NCBI GenBank assembly: GCA_965277285.1
Contig: OZ255721.1
Span: 832,001 to 896,000 of the forward strand
Length of the DNA stretch: 64,000 nt
From: Abditibacteriaceae bacterium
GTDB taxonomy: Bacteria; Armatimonadota; Abditibacteriia; Abditibacteriales; Abditibacteriaceae
Direction: 5' to 3'
Shown: positions 36,954-48,300 of the stretch, piece after piece
How positions within the stretch are numbered: position 1 is the first letter of the stretch
Layout of the letters: each line of letters begins with the position of its first letter
Made by a program: the position numbers and the translations under genes
Notes under the pieces: model-generated
The model's database searches: none
Seen by the model: only the letters and a program-made list of their open reading frames with translations
What the model was told of the DNA's origin: nothing

Positions 36954-39209
36954 ATGCTCGAAAAAGCCCTTGCCCTCGGCATGAACGAGGAAGAATACAA
37001 CAAAGTCGTGGACATTTTGAAGCGCGAACCGACTTCGACCGAACTCGCCATGTATTCGGTCGAATGGAGCGAGCATTGCGGTTATCCGCGCTCGCGCTCG
37101 CTGCTCAAACTCTTGCCCAAACAAGGCCATTACGCATCTGTGGCGGGCGCTGACGTTGGCGGCATCGAGATCGAACCGAACCTGACTATCGTTTTTAAGA
37201 TGGAATCGCACAACCATCCCAGTCAAGTCGAGCCACGACAAGGTGCCGCAACCGGAATCGGCGGCATTGTGCGCGATATTTTCACGGTCGGCGCGCGCCC
37301 GATTGCGTGTCTGGATAGCTTGCGTTTCGGCAATTTGGATGACCCTGAACATGGCGCCAAAGCGCGTTATTTATTCGCAGGCGTGGTCGATGGAATCAGT
37401 TTCTACGGCAATTGTCTGGGGCTTCCAACGGTCGCGGGCGAAGTCGCTTTCAACAGTTCTTTTCGTGGCAACTGTCTGGTTGGCGCGATGAGCATCGGCG
37501 TCGTCGATTCGGACAAAATCGCGTCCGGCGCGGCGAGTGGCGCGGGCAATTCCGTGATGTATTTCGGCAACGCGACTGGACGCGACGGCATCGGCGGCTG
37601 CTCGATTTTGGCGTCGCACGAAATGGGCGATCTGGCGCAGCGACCGACCGTTCAAGTCGGTGACCCATTCGCTGAAAAGTGCTTGATCGAAGCGTGTCTG
37701 GAAGCGTTAAAAACCGGCGCGATTGTGTCGATGAAGGATATGGGCGCGGCGGGCTTGACGTGCACGACGTGCGAGCAGGCGGCGGCGGGCGGCGTTGGCA
37801 TGGACATCGATTTGAAGAATGTCCCGCTGCGCGAAGCCGATATGGAGCCGTTTGAAATTATGATGAGCGAGTCGCAGGAACGAATGCTCGCCGTGGTGCA
37901 AAGCGGGCGCGAAAACGAAGTCGCGGGAATTTTCACCAAATGGGGCGTTCATGCGCGCGTCTTGGGAAGCGTGACCGACGACGGCATTTTGACGATTCGC
38001 CAGAACGGACAAATCGTGGCGCAAATGACGGCGCAAAGTTTGGCCGATGCGCCGTTGTACGATTTGCCATCGCAAGAACCCGCTTACTTATCGAGTACTC
38101 GATCTTTCGATTTTGCGACCATCGAACAGCCGCAGAATTATCAAGATGTTCTGCTGCGACTTTTGCAGGCGCCCAACATCGCCAGCAAAGAATGGGTTTA
38201 CGAGCAGTACGATCACAGCGTGCAAATCAACACGGTGGTGCGTCCCGGTCAAGGCGATGCGGCGGTTTTGCGCATCCGCGAGTCGAAATTGGGCAAAGGC
38301 ATTGCGACCAAAGCCGATTGCAATTCGCGCTATTGCTATCTCGATCCGTTTGAAGGCGCGCGCATTGCGATTGCCGAATGCGCGCGCAACTTGGTTTGCG
38401 TCGGTGCGGAACCGGCGGGAATCACCGATTGCTTGTGTTTCGGCAATCCGGAAAAACCCGAACGTTTCTGGCAGTTTAAGCGCGCTATCGAAGGCATTGT
38501 CGAAGCGTGCGAGTTCTTCAAACTGCCGGTCGTCTCGGGCAACGTTTCGCTGTATAACGAAACCGCCGACAGCGCGATTTATCCCAGTCCGCTGATTGGC
38601 GCAGTTGGCGTTTTGGACAATGTGGAAAAAGCGGTCGGCATGGGTTTTCGTCGCGCGGGCGATACAATTGTTCAGCTCGGTCATTGTTTGGATGAATTGG
38701 GCGGCAGCGAATATCTGGCGACAATTCACAATCTGGAAACCGGCAGGCCGCCGCGACTTGATTTGCAAACTGAATTGAACGTGCAAAAGCTGACGCTGGA
38801 AGCGATCCGCGAGGGAATAATTCAATCGGCGCACGATTGCAGCGACGGCGGTTTAGCAATCGCGTTGGCGGAAAGTTGCATCGCGGGCGGGCTGGAAATG
38901 ACGGGAATCGGCGCTTCTATCGAACTTCCCGACACGATGGAAGCGCAATCGAGTACTCGATTGGACGCGCTGTTGTTCGGAGAAACGCAAAGTCGCATCG
39001 TGGTTTCGTTGATGCCAGAACATTTGCCGCGATTGCAACAATTGGCGCAGCAAATTGGCGTGCCGATTTCAGTTTTAGGAAATGTGGGCGGCGTCCATTT
39101 CACGTTGAGCGACAACCGGCGCGAGAACTTGCAAAATCTGATCAACGTACCAGTTGATGTGTTAAGTGTTGCTTATCGCGGTGCAATTCGGCGCTTGATG
39201 AACGGCTGA
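36954..39209 (+). CDS. purL: phosphoribosylformylglycinamidine synthase subunit PurL
   Basis: WSEHC, ESHNHPS, GAATGIGGIVRD, DMGAAGL, SESQERM, SGNVSLYN, HDCSDGG. Confidence 0.98.
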   Translation: MLEKALALGMNEEEYNKVVDILKREPTSTELAMYSVEWSEHCGYPRSRSLLKLLPKQGHYASVAGADVGGIEIEPNLTIVFKMESHNHPSQVEPRQGAATGIGGIVRDIFTVGARPIACLDSLRFGNLDDPEHGAKARYLFAGVVDGISFYGNCLGLPTVAGEVAFNSSFRGNCLVGAMSIGVVDSDKIASGAASGAGNSVMYFGNATGRDGIGGCSILASHEMGDLAQRPTVQVGDPFAEKCLIEACLEALKTGAIVSMKDMGAAGLTCTTCEQAAAGGVGMDIDLKNVPLREADMEPFEIMMSESQERMLAVVQSGRENEVAGIFTKWGVHARVLGSVTDDGILTIRQNGQIVAQMTAQSLADAPLYDLPSQEPAYLSSTRSFDFATIEQPQNYQDVLLRLLQAPNIASKEWVYEQYDHSVQINTVVRPGQGDAAVLRIRESKLGKGIATKADCNSRYCYLDPFEGARIAIAECARNLVCVGAEPAGITDCLCFGNPEKPERFWQFKRAIEGIVEACEFFKLPVVSGNVSLYNETADSAIYPSPLIGAVGVLDNVEKAVGMGFRRAGDTIVQLGHCLDELGGSEYLATIHNLETGRPPRLDLQTELNVQKLTLEAIREGIIQSAHDCSDGGLAIALAESCIAGGLEMTGIGASIELPDTMEAQSSTRLDALLFGETQSRIVVSLMPEHLPRLQQLAQQIGVPISVLGNVGGVHFTLSDNRRENLQNLINVPVDVLSVAYRGAIRRLMNG

Positions 39210-39227
39210 TTGTTCTGCGGTATCGGG

Positions 39228-40238
39228 CTACGCGGTAGCACAAAGCAAATTGTGGCACACGACCTGATTGCGTCCATTGGCTTTGGCGCGATAGAGCGCT
39301 TTGTCGGCGGCTTCCAGCAGATCTGTGTCGTCAAAAGGCATTTGGTGCCAATCGTCTGGATCCACACAATCCATGGTAACAGCGCCGATACTGGCTGTAA
39401 CGGGTCGCTGAAAAACATTCATTTTCTCAATTTCTCGCCGGAAACGTTCCGCCATCGCGCATGCGCCTGCGTTTCCCGTATTCGGCAAGATTACGACAAA
39501 TTCTTCACCGCCATAGCGCGCCACGCAATCGGTGGCGCGCGCAGATTTTTGCAGCGTTTGCGCCAGGTTATGCAACAACTCATCGCCAGCGCGATGTCCA
39601 AAATTGTCGTTGAACAATTTGAAGAAATCTACATCGAGCAACAAAAGCGACATGGCCTGTCCGTAGCGTTTGGCGCGTTCGACTTCGGTATTTAGAATGT
39701 CATCAAAGGCGCGACGGTTGCGCACCTGCGTGAGCGTGTCAGTGCGACTTTGGCGATGAAATTCCATTTGCATCATCACTTGCCGCGACAACGCATGTAG
39801 CGCTTCTTGCTGGCGTGGCGCCAAGTCGCGGGGCGCGCGGTCAATTACGCAAATCGTGCCCAAAGGCTGGCCCTGCGATGTCACTAAAGGCGCGCCCGCA
39901 TAGAATTGAATGTGCGGCGCACTGGTCACGAGAGAATTATTAGAAAAGCGGGCATCCAGGCGCGCATCAGGCACCAGAAAGAGGCTTTCGGGTTGCAAAA
40001 TGGCGTGTGCGCAAAATGAAAGTTCGCGCGGTGTTTGTGTCACTCCTAGTCCCAAATGCGACTTGAACCATTGCCGATCCTGATCAACCAGGCTCACCAG
40101 CGCGATGGGCGTATCGCAAACAAGCGAAGCCAAAAGAGTGACGTCTTCGTAAGCTTTTTCAGGTAACGTGTCCAAAATGTCATAACGACGAAGTGCTTCG
40201 AGACGCACTTCTTCATTGTCAGGAAGTTCCGCTTTCAT
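39228..40238 (-). CDS. GAF-GGDEF diguanylate cyclase
   Basis: RQWFKS/FYAGAPL GAF domain; DVDFFK, RATD I-site, RYGGEEF, ADKALY. Confidence 0.93.
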   Translation of the reverse strand: MKAELPDNEEVRLEALRRYDILDTLPEKAYEDVTLLASLVCDTPIALVSLVDQDRQWFKSHLGLGVTQTPRELSFCAHAILQPESLFLVPDARLDARFSNNSLVTSAPHIQFYAGAPLVTSQGQPLGTICVIDRAPRDLAPRQQEALHALSRQVMMQMEFHRQSRTDTLTQVRNRRAFDDILNTEVERAKRYGQAMSLLLLDVDFFKLFNDNFGHRAGDELLHNLAQTLQKSARATDCVARYGGEEFVVILPNTGNAGACAMAERFRREIEKMNVFQRPVTASIGAVTMDCVDPDDWHQMPFDDTDLLEAADKALYRAKANGRNQVVCHNLLCATA

Positions 40239-40440
40239 AAAGGCGAGTGACGCAACGAATATGCCATGTTATACAATCGCTAAATATGTGTTCTCCAGCG
40301 TATTGAAAAAGTTTAGAACTGCTGTCACACTGTGGCGTCGGCAGCAAAGTTCTTAACAGGGTAAAGTGACTCAGTCACCAGTTTTGGCCGTTGCATTTTC
40401 GATTTTGTACGCGCTGTGAGAACTCGCAAGGACGGCTCCC

Positions 40441-40659
40441 ATGACCATCAAAATTCTTTTTCTCAGTGTTTTTTGCACCACTTTTTTTGCTTTGGCGCCC
40501 GCGGTTCATGCTGCGCCATCACGGGCACCCTTTCACGCGAATCAAATCGCGGTATCAGTGGCAATCGTCGCTGTTGACGCGGACGATTCGTCGGATGATG
40601 GAAAAAAGACGAAACCGAAGCCAAAGCCTGGCCCGCGCGATGACGGCGATGGCGACTAA
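40441..40659 (+). CDS. small secreted hypothetical protein
   Basis: AAGGA RBS, signal peptide ending AVHA, charged tail; followed by a terminator. Confidence 0.55.
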   Translation: MTIKILFLSVFCTTFFALAPAVHAAPSRAPFHANQIAVSVAIVAVDADDSSDDGKKTKPKPKPGPRDDGDGD

Positions 40660-40688
40660 CTGAAAATCTTTCGTTTTCCGATAATCTG

Positions 40689-40729
40689 AAAGACCGATTG
40701 AGTATTCGAGTACTCGATCGGTCTTTTTG
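40689..40729 (+). terminator. hairpin terminator containing TCGAGTACTCGA
   Basis: aaagaccgattgagta-ttcgag-tactcgatcggtcttttt. Confidence 0.7.
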
Positions 40730-40751
40730 TTGTCTATCAATTTTGGCTATG

Positions 40752-40778
40752 TTGTCTTTAGGTTAAGAATGGTACAAT
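40752..40778 (+). promoter_or_regulatory. putative purF promoter (TTGTCT..TGGTACAAT)
   Basis: Extended -10 match. Confidence 0.4.
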
Positions 40779-40961
40779 AGAAGGGTTCCCAACGAAGCCC
40801 GGCGCGTCCTTTTGTCGCGTTCAACTGCCGACCTTTTCCGCGTTCACCGTTGGTTCGCTTGTCTCAACGTTGATCGTATTTCAAGTTGTCCTAAAGAGCT
40901 GTTCTGAACATTGTTCGCCGATTGTCGTGCGTTTGCATGGCGACGATCAGGAGATTCCTCG

Positions 40962-42668
40962 ATGCAACACCCTTTTTCCGCCACCAAAGCCCTTCGTCGC
41001 GCCTCGTCTCACCTCGATTCGTTGAGCGACCACGAATTTCAAGATGAAACGCAAGACAATGCCGAAGGCCGTCCGCATGAAGAATGCGGTGTCTTCGGCA
41101 TTTTCGCGCCTGGCGTCGATGTCGCGCGACGTGCCTTTTTTGGCATTTTCGCATTGCAACATCGCGGTCAGGAATCCGCTGGCATCGCTGTCACCGATGG
41201 CACGCACATCAAACTTCACACCGACATGGGATTGGTTTCCCAAGTTTTCAACGAAGACATCCTGAGCGGCTTGCCCGGCGACATCGCAGTCAGTCACAAT
41301 CGCTACTCGACAACGGGAAGTTCCAAGGCGTGCAATGCGCAGCCGATTTTGTGCGAATCCAGCGAAGGCATTTTGGCGCTCGCGCACAACGGCAACCTGG
41401 TGAATGCCAGTCAGTTGCGCGCCGATATGGAAGCGCAGGGCGTGCAGTTCGCCACTTCGATGGATACCGAAGTCATCGCCAAAATCATCGAAGAACAGCA
41501 AGAAGGCACATTGGAAAACGCCCTGCTGGAAATTATGGGGCGCGTTCATGGCGCTTATTCCCTGGTGATGATGACGCGCGACACGCTCATCGGAATGCGC
41601 GATCCGAACGGCGTGCGGCCTTTGTGTTTGGGCGAAATTGACGAAGGCGACGGTCTCAAGCGTTACGCTTTAGCCAGCGAAACTTGCGCTTTGAACGTCG
41701 TCGGGGCCGAATATGTGCGCGAAATCGAACCTGGCGAGATTCTTTTTATTACAAGTGAAGGTTTGGAATCGGTTTATTTGCGCGACAAAAAACCCGATTT
41801 GCAAGCGCGCCCGGCCTTATGCATCTTTGAATTCGTTTATCTGGCGCGCCCCGATTCGCAATTGCTGGACACCAACGTCCACTATGCGCGGCGTCGCATG
41901 GGCGAAATGCTGGCGGCTCAATCTCCCGTCGAAGCCGATGTCGTGATTGGCGTCCCCGATTCGGGACTTCCCGCGGCAATTGGTTACGCTGGCGCCAGCG
42001 GTATTCCGTATCAGGAAGGACTGATTAAAAATCGCTACATTCAGCGCACTTTCATTCAGCCCGACCAAACGCAGCGCGAATTGGGCGTGCGCATGAAATT
42101 GACGCCGCTCAAGGAAGTTCTGCGAGGACAGCGCGTGGTTGTCGTTGAAGATTCGATTGTGCGCGGTACGACGACCAAGCGCATCGTGCAAATGATCCGC
42201 GATGCCGGTGCGCGCGAAGTGCATTTGCGTATTTCCAGTCCGCCTTACAAGTGGCCGTGTTTTTACGGCATCGATACAGTGGCGCGCCGCGACTTGATCG
42301 CTTATGAAAAAACCGTCGATGAAATTCGCCAATATAACGGCGCCGATTCGCTGGCTTATATTTCGATGGATAACTTGATCGAAGCCGTCGGGCAGCCGAA
42401 ACAGGTTTTTTGTCGCGCGTGTTTCGATGGCGAATACCCGATTCGCGTGCCGCAAGACATTCAGTTGACGAAATTGATGCTGGAAGAAATCGCTGTAACC
42501 AACGGTTCGCATCACGCGAATGGCAACGGCGTAAATAGCAACGGCATAAATAGCAACGGCGTAAAAACGATTCCCATTGCAGTCCTTGGCGGCAGCGGCG
42601 ATCCTGGCCCCGAATCAGAAGGCGAACTCGAGATGCCAGAAGAAACGTTGCAAACCGCACCAGCTTAG
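40962..42668 (+). CDS. purF: amidophosphoribosyltransferase (Fe-S type, long propeptide)
   Basis: EE|CGVFG, QHRGQESAG, HNRYST, VEDSIVRGTT, CFYGID, CRAC; AGGAG RBS. Confidence 0.97.
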   Translation: MQHPFSATKALRRASSHLDSLSDHEFQDETQDNAEGRPHEECGVFGIFAPGVDVARRAFFGIFALQHRGQESAGIAVTDGTHIKLHTDMGLVSQVFNEDILSGLPGDIAVSHNRYSTTGSSKACNAQPILCESSEGILALAHNGNLVNASQLRADMEAQGVQFATSMDTEVIAKIIEEQQEGTLENALLEIMGRVHGAYSLVMMTRDTLIGMRDPNGVRPLCLGEIDEGDGLKRYALASETCALNVVGAEYVREIEPGEILFITSEGLESVYLRDKKPDLQARPALCIFEFVYLARPDSQLLDTNVHYARRRMGEMLAAQSPVEADVVIGVPDSGLPAAIGYAGASGIPYQEGLIKNRYIQRTFIQPDQTQRELGVRMKLTPLKEVLRGQRVVVVEDSIVRGTTTKRIVQMIRDAGAREVHLRISSPPYKWPCFYGIDTVARRDLIAYEKTVDEIRQYNGADSLAYISMDNLIEAVGQPKQVFCRACFDGEYPIRVPQDIQLTKLMLEEIAVTNGSHHANGNGVNSNGINSNGVKTIPIAVLGGSGDPGPESEGELEMPEETLQTAPA

Positions 42669-42984
42669 AAATTTGGGTATCGAGTACTCGAACTCATCGC
42701 TTGCAAACACAGCCGAAAGTTTCTTGGCGAAAAGTAGCAGCGTGTTATGATGCTTTGAATTGGTTTCAAATCCTTATCGTAGCGCTCTATCGAGTACTCG
42801 AAGCCTTGTTTTTCAAGGCTCCAGGTGAATTCTCCTCCACTTTTGAGCCTTTAGAATCAGCTTTTGTCAATCTGGCAGGAACAGGTTAAAAAATGAAAAG
42901 ATGTCGGCTTTTGTAGTCGGGCATTTTTCTGCCACACTGTTTTAGAACGTTAAGAATTACGGGTAGTGGTTCAATAAGCGAGTT

Positions 42985-43055
42985 TGTTAACGAACCCGAA
43001 GCGTAAGCGAGGGAGCTAACTTCTATCCTCCGCTTACGTTTCTGGTTCGTTAACA
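42985..43055. repeat. REP-like inverted repeat, family A
   Basis: tgttaacgaacccgaagcgtaagcg ... cgcttacgtttctggttcgttaaca. Confidence 0.8.
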
Positions 43056-43109
43056 GCCAGAGAACTCACCATTTGAGCCATTACCGAATTACGTTTCACA
43101 ACCCACTTT

Positions 43110-43778
43110 ATGACTTCTTCCCGCGATGATTTCCGACCTGAAGTGCGCGAACCGCGCTGGCCGACGATTGTCGCATTGCTGGCGGTTGGAGGATTGTACC
43201 TGGCGCTGCCATCATCGCTGGTCATTGGGCCGCGTTGGTTATTGTTGGCGATTGTTTGTGTTTTGTTGATTCCGACAATTTTTACGCATCACCGAGGGCA
43301 CAACGATCTCAATCAGGTTTTTGGTCATCTCGTTTCCGGCATCGTCACGCTGGCAATGGTAGGATCGCTCATTTTGCTGGTGATGGCGTTGCCCAAGCAC
43401 AAGGAAACTGCTACAGCGTTGTTGCGTTCGGCGGGCGCTTTGTGGGTCACGAACGTGCTGGTTTTCGCGCTGTGGTATTGGCGGCTGGACGCAGGCGGTC
43501 CCAACCAGCGAGATTTGCGTGTTGGTCACACGGACGGCGCGTTTTTGTTTCCACAGATGGCGATGGATGAAGAAATTAAGCGCGCAACAGGCGAAGAAGA
43601 TTGGTCGCCGGGCTTTGTCGATTACTTATTTCTGGCGTTCAATACAAGTACGGCGTTATCACCGACCGATACGGCGGTTTTGTCACGCTGGGCAAAAATG
43701 ATGATGATGGTACAATCGGGCATTTCTCTGGCCGTGATCGCGCTCTTAGCGGCGCGCGCCGTCAATATTTTGCAGTAA
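43110..43778 (+). CDS. DUF1345-like membrane protein
   Basis: FALWYWRLDAGGP, FLFPQ, PGFVDYLFLAFNTSTA.SPTD. Confidence 0.8.
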   Translation: MTSSRDDFRPEVREPRWPTIVALLAVGGLYLALPSSLVIGPRWLLLAIVCVLLIPTIFTHHRGHNDLNQVFGHLVSGIVTLAMVGSLILLVMALPKHKETATALLRSAGALWVTNVLVFALWYWRLDAGGPNQRDLRVGHTDGAFLFPQMAMDEEIKRATGEEDWSPGFVDYLFLAFNTSTALSPTDTAVLSRWAKMMMMVQSGISLAVIALLAARAVNILQ

Positions 43779-43803
43779 CGTTTTTCAATGTGTGCGTTCA
43801 CCA

Positions 43804-44385
43804 ATGAAAATCCTGAAACGCCAGATTTTTGCTTCCTGCGCCGCATTGGTTGTGTGTTTGTATTTTCCTGGCTGTAAGCGGGACGAAGCGAATACAACCT
43901 TTCCGAAAAGGCGCCATCGCCTGCCCGTCTCGCCGCCCGTGCAGCTCCAATGGCGCCCAGCCAATAAACAGGAAACCGCAGCAGCTCAAAGTGTAGTGCA
44001 ACGGCAATTCCGCGCTTTTCGTGACAACAATTATCAGACTGCGATAGATTTGTTGGCATCGGGAATGCGAGGTGATGGGAACCCGGAAGGATTGCGTCAC
44101 CTTATTCTCGGCCAATACCCCGAATTCGCTCAAGTCGCGCGCATTCGCTGGCTTGATTCCTCAACCTTGTCCAACAAATCGATGGTACTTCATCTGCGTT
44201 TTCTGGCCACCAACGGCAATGTTACTGACGTGCGCTATGACCTCATTCCAAAAGAAGCGAGCTATCTCATCAGTAACATTCGCTCGGAAACCCTGACTCA
44301 CAACTTGCACAACGGACATTCCTCCCCAACTTCCGAGAACGACACATTGGAACAATTCTTTCGCACGCCTGCGACTGACTCTTAA
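43804..44385 (+). CDS. hypothetical lipoprotein, DUF4864-like
   Basis: Lipobox FPGC; VVQRQFRAFRDNNYQTA. Confidence 0.6.
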   Translation: MKILKRQIFASCAALVVCLYFPGCKRDEANTTFPKRRHRLPVSPPVQLQWRPANKQETAAAQSVVQRQFRAFRDNNYQTAIDLLASGMRGDGNPEGLRHLILGQYPEFAQVARIRWLDSSTLSNKSMVLHLRFLATNGNVTDVRYDLIPKEASYLISNIRSETLTHNLHNGHSSPTSENDTLEQFFRTPATDS

Positions 44386-44386
44386 T

Positions 44387-44445
44387 AAAAAAGCGTTCAC
44401 TATCGAGTACTCGATGTTTGAGTACTCGATAGTGAACGCTTTTTT
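44387..44445. terminator. bidirectional terminator made from two palindrome copies
   Basis: aaaaaagcgttcactatcgagtactc-gatgttt-gagtactcgatagtgaacgctttttt between convergent genes. Confidence 0.8.
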
Positions 44446-44467
44446 GCCACCTGAATGTCGCGCAAAC

Positions 44468-45169
44468 TTATTTCGCATGAACCGCGAGTTGCGTTTCAAC
44501 AGCTTTGGTCATCTCGTCCGATTGGGGCGTGATTGGCGAACGGAAACGCGCGACGATTTTCCCATCGCGCGAAATCAGAAACTTCTCAAAGTTCCATTGC
44601 ACTTCGCCGGCAAATTGCGGATCGGTTTTTGTTTCGGTCAAAAGCTGATAAAGCGGCGCTTTTTCTTTGCCGGTCACGGCGATTTTGGAAAACATCGGAA
44701 ACGTGACGCCGTAGTTCGCCTTGCAGAACTCGCCAATTTGCGCGTCGGTCCCTGGTTCTTGTTGACCAAAATCGTTGGCCGGAAAACCTAAAATCTCCAA
44801 GCCTTGCGCGTTGTATTTTTGGTACAACTTTTCCAATCCGGCGTATTGTGGCGTGAATCCGCATTTGCTGGCCGTGTTGACGATCAAGACAACTTTGCCC
44901 TTGTATTTCGATAGATCAACCGGCTTTCCGGCCAAACTGTTCAGCGTGAAATTGAACACAGGCGGAACTCCTTTTTTCGTCTTCCTATGGCTTTGCGCGG
45001 CAATTTGCATCGCGTTTGGCGTTTGCAGCGTTGATGCGGCATTTTTTTCCGCCAGACCGCGCCCAACCAGCGCGATGCCAACGCCCAGCAACACCGAAGA
45101 AATTCCCATCGCCGTCGATAATTTCATCATTTTCATAACCTCATTACTGTGCCAGTTTACAAGGTTCAC
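44468..45169 (-). CDS. glutathione peroxidase-family protein with signal peptide (start likely about 45136)
   Basis: VNTASKCGFTPQY, LGFPANDFGQQEPG, WNFEKFL. Confidence 0.93.
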   Translation of the reverse strand: MNLVNWHSNEVMKMMKLSTAMGISSVLLGVGIALVGRGLAEKNAASTLQTPNAMQIAAQSHRKTKKGVPPVFNFTLNSLAGKPVDLSKYKGKVVLIVNTASKCGFTPQYAGLEKLYQKYNAQGLEILGFPANDFGQQEPGTDAQIGEFCKANYGVTFPMFSKIAVTGKEKAPLYQLLTETKTDPQFAGEVQWNFEKFLISRDGKIVARFRSPITPQSDEMTKAVETQLAVHAK

Positions 45170-45193
45170 GCTTTGAATGAAGCTTGCCCAAGT

Positions 45194-45274
45194 TGTTAAC
45201 GAACCCCAGGCGTAAGCGCGGGGCTGACGTAGCTGTCAATTCAGCCCCGCGCTCACGCTTGAGGTTCGTTAACA
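45194..45274. repeat. REP-like inverted repeat, family A
   Basis: tgttaacgaaccccaggcgtaagcgcggggctga ... tcagccccgcgctcacgcttgaggttcgttaaca. Confidence 0.8.
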
Positions 45275-45314
45275 GGTTCAATGCTTTTCCCGCACTTTGT
45301 TAAAATGTTTTACG

Positions 45315-48300
45315 ATGACTCCCATTTCCGAACTCCTCAAAGAACGCATTCTCATCATCGACGGCGCGATGGGAACCATGATTCAAAACCACAACCTCGA
45401 AGAAGCCGATTATCGCGGCCAGCGCTTCGCTAATTACGCGACCGATTTGCGCGGCAACAACGACTTGCTGTCTTTGACGCAGCCGCAGATTATTGAAGAA
45501 ATTCATTGCCAATATCTCGAGGCTGGCGCCGACATCATCGAAACCAACACCTTCAATGCGAACAAAGTTTCGATGGCTGATTACGGCATGGAAAATCTGG
45601 TTTACGAGTTGAACATTGCCAGCGCACAACTCGCGCGGCGCGCTGTGGAATCTTTGGGCGAATCGAGTACTCGAAACCGTCCGCGTTTCGTGGCAGGCGC
45701 GATTGGGCCAACATCCAGAACGCTTTCGATGTCGCGCGATGTCAACGATCCCGGAAAGCGTGAAATCACCTTCGACGAACTGGTCGCGGTTTACAGCGAA
45801 CAAGTGCGCGCCTTGTTGGAAGGCGGCGTCGACCTTTTGCTGCCCGAAACCAGTTTCGACACCTTGAACTTAAAAGCCTGCTTGTTCGCCATCGACAAAG
45901 CGTTCGCTGAAGGTGCGCGCCGTGTTCCCGTCATGGCGTCGATTACGATTGCCGAAGCCAGCGGACGCACTTTGTCCGGCCAAAACATCGAAGCGGCTTG
46001 GACTTCCATTTCGCACGCGAACTTGCTTTCTGTCGGCCTGAACTGCGGCCTGCATCCGCGCGATTTACGGCCTTATGTAGAAACCCTATCGAATATCGCG
46101 CCGATTTTCACCAGTTGCTACTTGAACGCAGGCTTGCCGAACGCTTTCGGCGAATACGACGAAACGCCCGCGCAGTTGACGCCGATTTTGGAAGAATACG
46201 CGCGCCAGGGTTGGGTCAACATCATCGGCGGCTGTTGCGGCACGACGCCCGATCACATTCGTGCGATTGCCGAAGCCGTTAAAAATCTGCCGCCGCGCGT
46301 GCCGACAAAGCCAATCGAGTACTCGATCTTCAGCGGTTTGGAGCAGTTAGCATTGCGCGCCGACAGCAATTTCACAATGATCGGCGAGCGCACCAATGTG
46401 ACGGGTTCGCCAAAGTTTGCGCGTTTGGTGCGCGAAGGCGATTTGAATGCGGGTTTGGAAATCGCGCGCCAGCAAGTCGATAACGGCGCCAATATCATCG
46501 ACATCAACTTTGATGAAGGCATGATTGACGGCGCGGAAATGATGACGCGTTTCCTCAACTTGCTGGCCGCTGAACCCGACATTTCGCGCGTGCCGATTAT
46601 GGTCGATTCGAGCAAGTTTTCGGTCATCGAAGCCGGATTGAAATGCATTCAAGGCAAAGGCGTCGTCAACTCTGTTTCGATGAAAGAAGGCGAAGACAAG
46701 TTCCGCGAACAGGCCAAACTTGTCAAGCGCTACGGCGCCGGAATGGTCGTGATGGCGTTCGATGAACAAGGCCAGGCCGACAGTTACGAACGTCGCATCG
46801 AAATTTGCCAGCGCGCTTACAACATTTTGGTGCGAGAAATCGGCATTAATCCGAACGACATCATTTTTGACCCGAACATTTTGACGGTTGCGACAGGTTT
46901 GGAAGAGCACAACAATTACGCGGTCGATTTTATTCGCGCCACCAAATGGATCAAGGAAAACCTGCCCGGCTGTCACGTTTCGGGCGGCGTCAGCAACATC
47001 TCGTTCAGTTTTCGCGGCAACAACAAAGTGCGTGAAGCGATGCACGGCGCCTTTCTCAAACACGCGATTGAAGCCGGTCTCGACATGGGAATCGTCAACG
47101 CGGGAATGCTGGAAGTTTACGACCAAATTGAGCCACAACTTCTCGAACTGGTCGAAGATGTTCTCTTGAATCGCCGCGATGACGCGACCGAGCACTTGGT
47201 CGATTACGCCGAAAAAATCAAGGGCGAAGGCGACAAATCGAGTACTCAAATCGAGGAAGCGTGGCGCAGTGGAACTGTTCAGGAACGCTTGCAACACGCG
47301 CTGATTAAAGGCATCGACGCGTTTGTCGAGGCCGATGTCGAGGAAGCGCGGCAGCAATACGAAAGGCCGCTTCACGTCATCGAAGGACCGCTGATGGACG
47401 GCATGAACGTCGTCGGCGACTTGTTTGGCGCGGGAAAAATGTTCCTGCCGCAAGTCGTGAAAAGCGCGCGCGTGATGAAGAAAGCCGTCGCGGTTTTGTT
47501 GCCGTTCATGGAAGCCGAAAAAGAAGCCAGCGGCTTGCATCAAGCGCAGGGCAAAATCTTGATGGCGACCGTCAAAGGCGATGTTCACGACATCGGCAAA
47601 AACATTGTCGGCGTCGTGTTGGGCTGCAACAATTACGAAGTGATTGACTTGGGCGTGATGGTTCCCGCCGACAAAATCCTGCAAACCGCGAAAGAACAAA
47701 ACGTGGATGTTATCGGTTTGTCGGGTTTGATTACGCCCAGTCTGGATGAAATGGCGCACGTCGCACGCGAAATGAAACGCCAGGAGTTTCACGTTCCCCT
47801 GCTGATTGGCGGCGCCACGACTTCGCGCATTCACACGGCGGTCAAAATCGCGCCGCATTACGATCAAGTCGTGGTTCACGTCCAGGACGCGAGCCGCGCG
47901 GTCGGCGTCGTCTCCAATCTGCTGTCCGAAGAACTCAAGTCCGACTTTGTCTTAAAAGTGCGCGGCGATCAGGAACGCGACCGCACATCGCACAAGAACA
48001 AGCGCGAAACCAAACCGCTTTTGAAGATCGAAGACGCGCGCGCGCGCAAACAGAAAATCGAATGGCGTGCGGAAGATTTGGTGAAGCCTTCGTTCATCGG
48101 TTTGCGCACATTGAGCAGTTTTCCGCTGGAAGAAATTGTGCCGTTCATCGATTGGACGCCTTTTTTCGCAGCCTTTGAATTGAAGGGAATTTATCCTGAA
48201 ATTCTGCAAAATGTCGAAGTCGGCGATGTGGCGAAAAGATTGTTCGAGGACGCCAATCGAGTACTCGAACGCATCGTGCGACGCCGCGAACTCAAGGCGA

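Noticed and set aside
40780..40960. Purine/PRPP/ZTP riboswitch in the long purF leader
   Set aside because: Conserved aptamer motifs could not be matched; needs an Infernal search
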